A DNA stretch of 64,000 nucleotides from Sedimentisphaerales bacterium (GTDB taxonomy: Bacteria > Planctomycetota > Phycisphaerae > Sedimentisphaerales > Anaerobacaceae), in assembly GCA_963708075.1 (NCBI GenBank), contig OY970194.1:992001-1056000 (forward strand), read 5' to 3'. The notes under the pieces are model-generated. The model was not told the DNA's origin, did no database searches, and saw only the letters and a list, made by a program, of their open reading frames with translations. This document shows positions 63,187 through 64,000 of this stretch, piece by piece. Position 1 is the stretch's first letter. Each line of letters opens with the position of its first letter. The translations under genes and the position numbers were made by a program.

Positions 63187-64000
63187 ATGAAACGACGAGA
63201 GTTCTTGATGAAGGGTGCAGTCGGCGCGGGCTCGGTCGTAGCCGGGGGACTCGTGCCACGGGGTGATGCTGCCGAGACGAACGATTGCGGACCAGGCTGC
63301 TATTGCGGCAACGCGCCGAAGCTGCCGCAGCGCGCGTACGGGGACACGGGGGAGAGATTGTCGATCATTGGCTTCGGCGGGATCGTGGTTAGCGGCGTCG
63401 AGCAGGAGCAGGCGAATCGGCTCGTTGCGGAGGCCGTTGAAAAAGGCGTCAACTATTTCGATGTCGCGCCAAGTTACGGGGACGCGGAGATCAAACTCGG
63501 GCCCGCCCTGGAGCCGTATCGCAAAAATGTCTTCCTCGCCTGCAAGACCGAACGGCGAACGAAGGATGGTGCCGCTGCGGAATTGAAGGAATCGCTCCAG
63601 CGGCTGCGGACCGATCATGTCGATCTCTACCAGCTTCACGCCATCTCCGATGTCCGGAAGGACGTAGATACGGCCTTTGGCAAGGATGGTGCCATGGAGG
63701 CGTTCCTCGAAGCGAAGAAGGCCGGGCGGATTCGCTACATCGGCTTCTCTGCGCACTCGGAGGAAGCGGCGCTGGCGGCGATGGAGCGGTACGAGTTCGA
63801 CTCGATCCTGTTCCCGATCAATTTCGCGACGTTTTACAGGGGCAGCTTCGGCCCGCGCGTGATGGAGGCCGCCAAGTCCAAGGGCGTGGCGAGGCTCGCC
63901 CTCAAGGCTTTAGCCAGACAGCAGTGGCCGAAGGACGATCCCACGCGGAGACAGTACCCGAAGTGCTGGTACCAACCGCTGACGGAGCGTGACGAAGCTA
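63187..64000 (+). CDS. Aldo/keto reductase with Tat-like signal, runs off the right edge (missing from ORF track)
   Basis: Manual translation: MKRREFLMKGAVG...LPQRAYGDTGERLSIIGFGG...GVNYFDVAPSYG.AE...SLQRLRTDHVDLYQLH...IRYIGFSAH. Confidence 0.9.
   Translation, partial: MKRREFLMKGAVGAGSVVAGGLVPRGDAAETNDCGPGCYCGNAPKLPQRAYGDTGERLSIIGFGGIVVSGVEQEQANRLVAEAVEKGVNYFDVAPSYGDAEIKLGPALEPYRKNVFLACKTERRTKDGAAAELKESLQRLRTDHVDLYQLHAISDVRKDVDTAFGKDGAMEAFLEAKKAGRIRYIGFSAHSEEAALAAMERYEFDSILFPINFATFYRGSFGPRVMEAAKSKGVARLALKALARQQWPKDDPTRRQYPKCWYQPLTERDEA

Overview
GC-rich bacterial chromosomal segment, most likely from a Planctomycetota member of the Phycisphaerae/Sedimentisphaerales type. This is an inference from the prepilin-like DUF1559-type gene, six Tat-signal Gfo/Idh/MocA oxidoreductases, a sulfatase, a multi-LamG secreted protein, an LRR protein and a PQQ-repeat protein. 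Contents from left to right: a metal/membrane cluster (CDF exporter, CPBP protease, MenA-like prenyltransferase, Cys-rich PadR, CobW-type GTPase) interrupted by an IS1182-family element sitting in a hairpin; a signal-peptide dikinase with glucan-water-dikinase-like domain order; an ISAs1 element; a two-gene fused EtfBA + FixCX-like system; a stand-alone unit with a structured leader and a 74-aa RAPP-ending peptide; csrA; transporters; a MlaC-MMPL-MlaA lipid transport operon; many glycan-processing genes; a 22-aa hydrophobic ORF behind a perfect sigma70 promoter; an AsmA-like gene; and a SEFIR/TIR-STAND NTPase-TPR (NLR-like) gene. Nine single-base frameshifts in otherwise intact genes suggest uncorrected sequencing indels. 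I saw no rRNA, tRNA or CRISPR array. All product calls rest on motif recognition by eye, not database searches.
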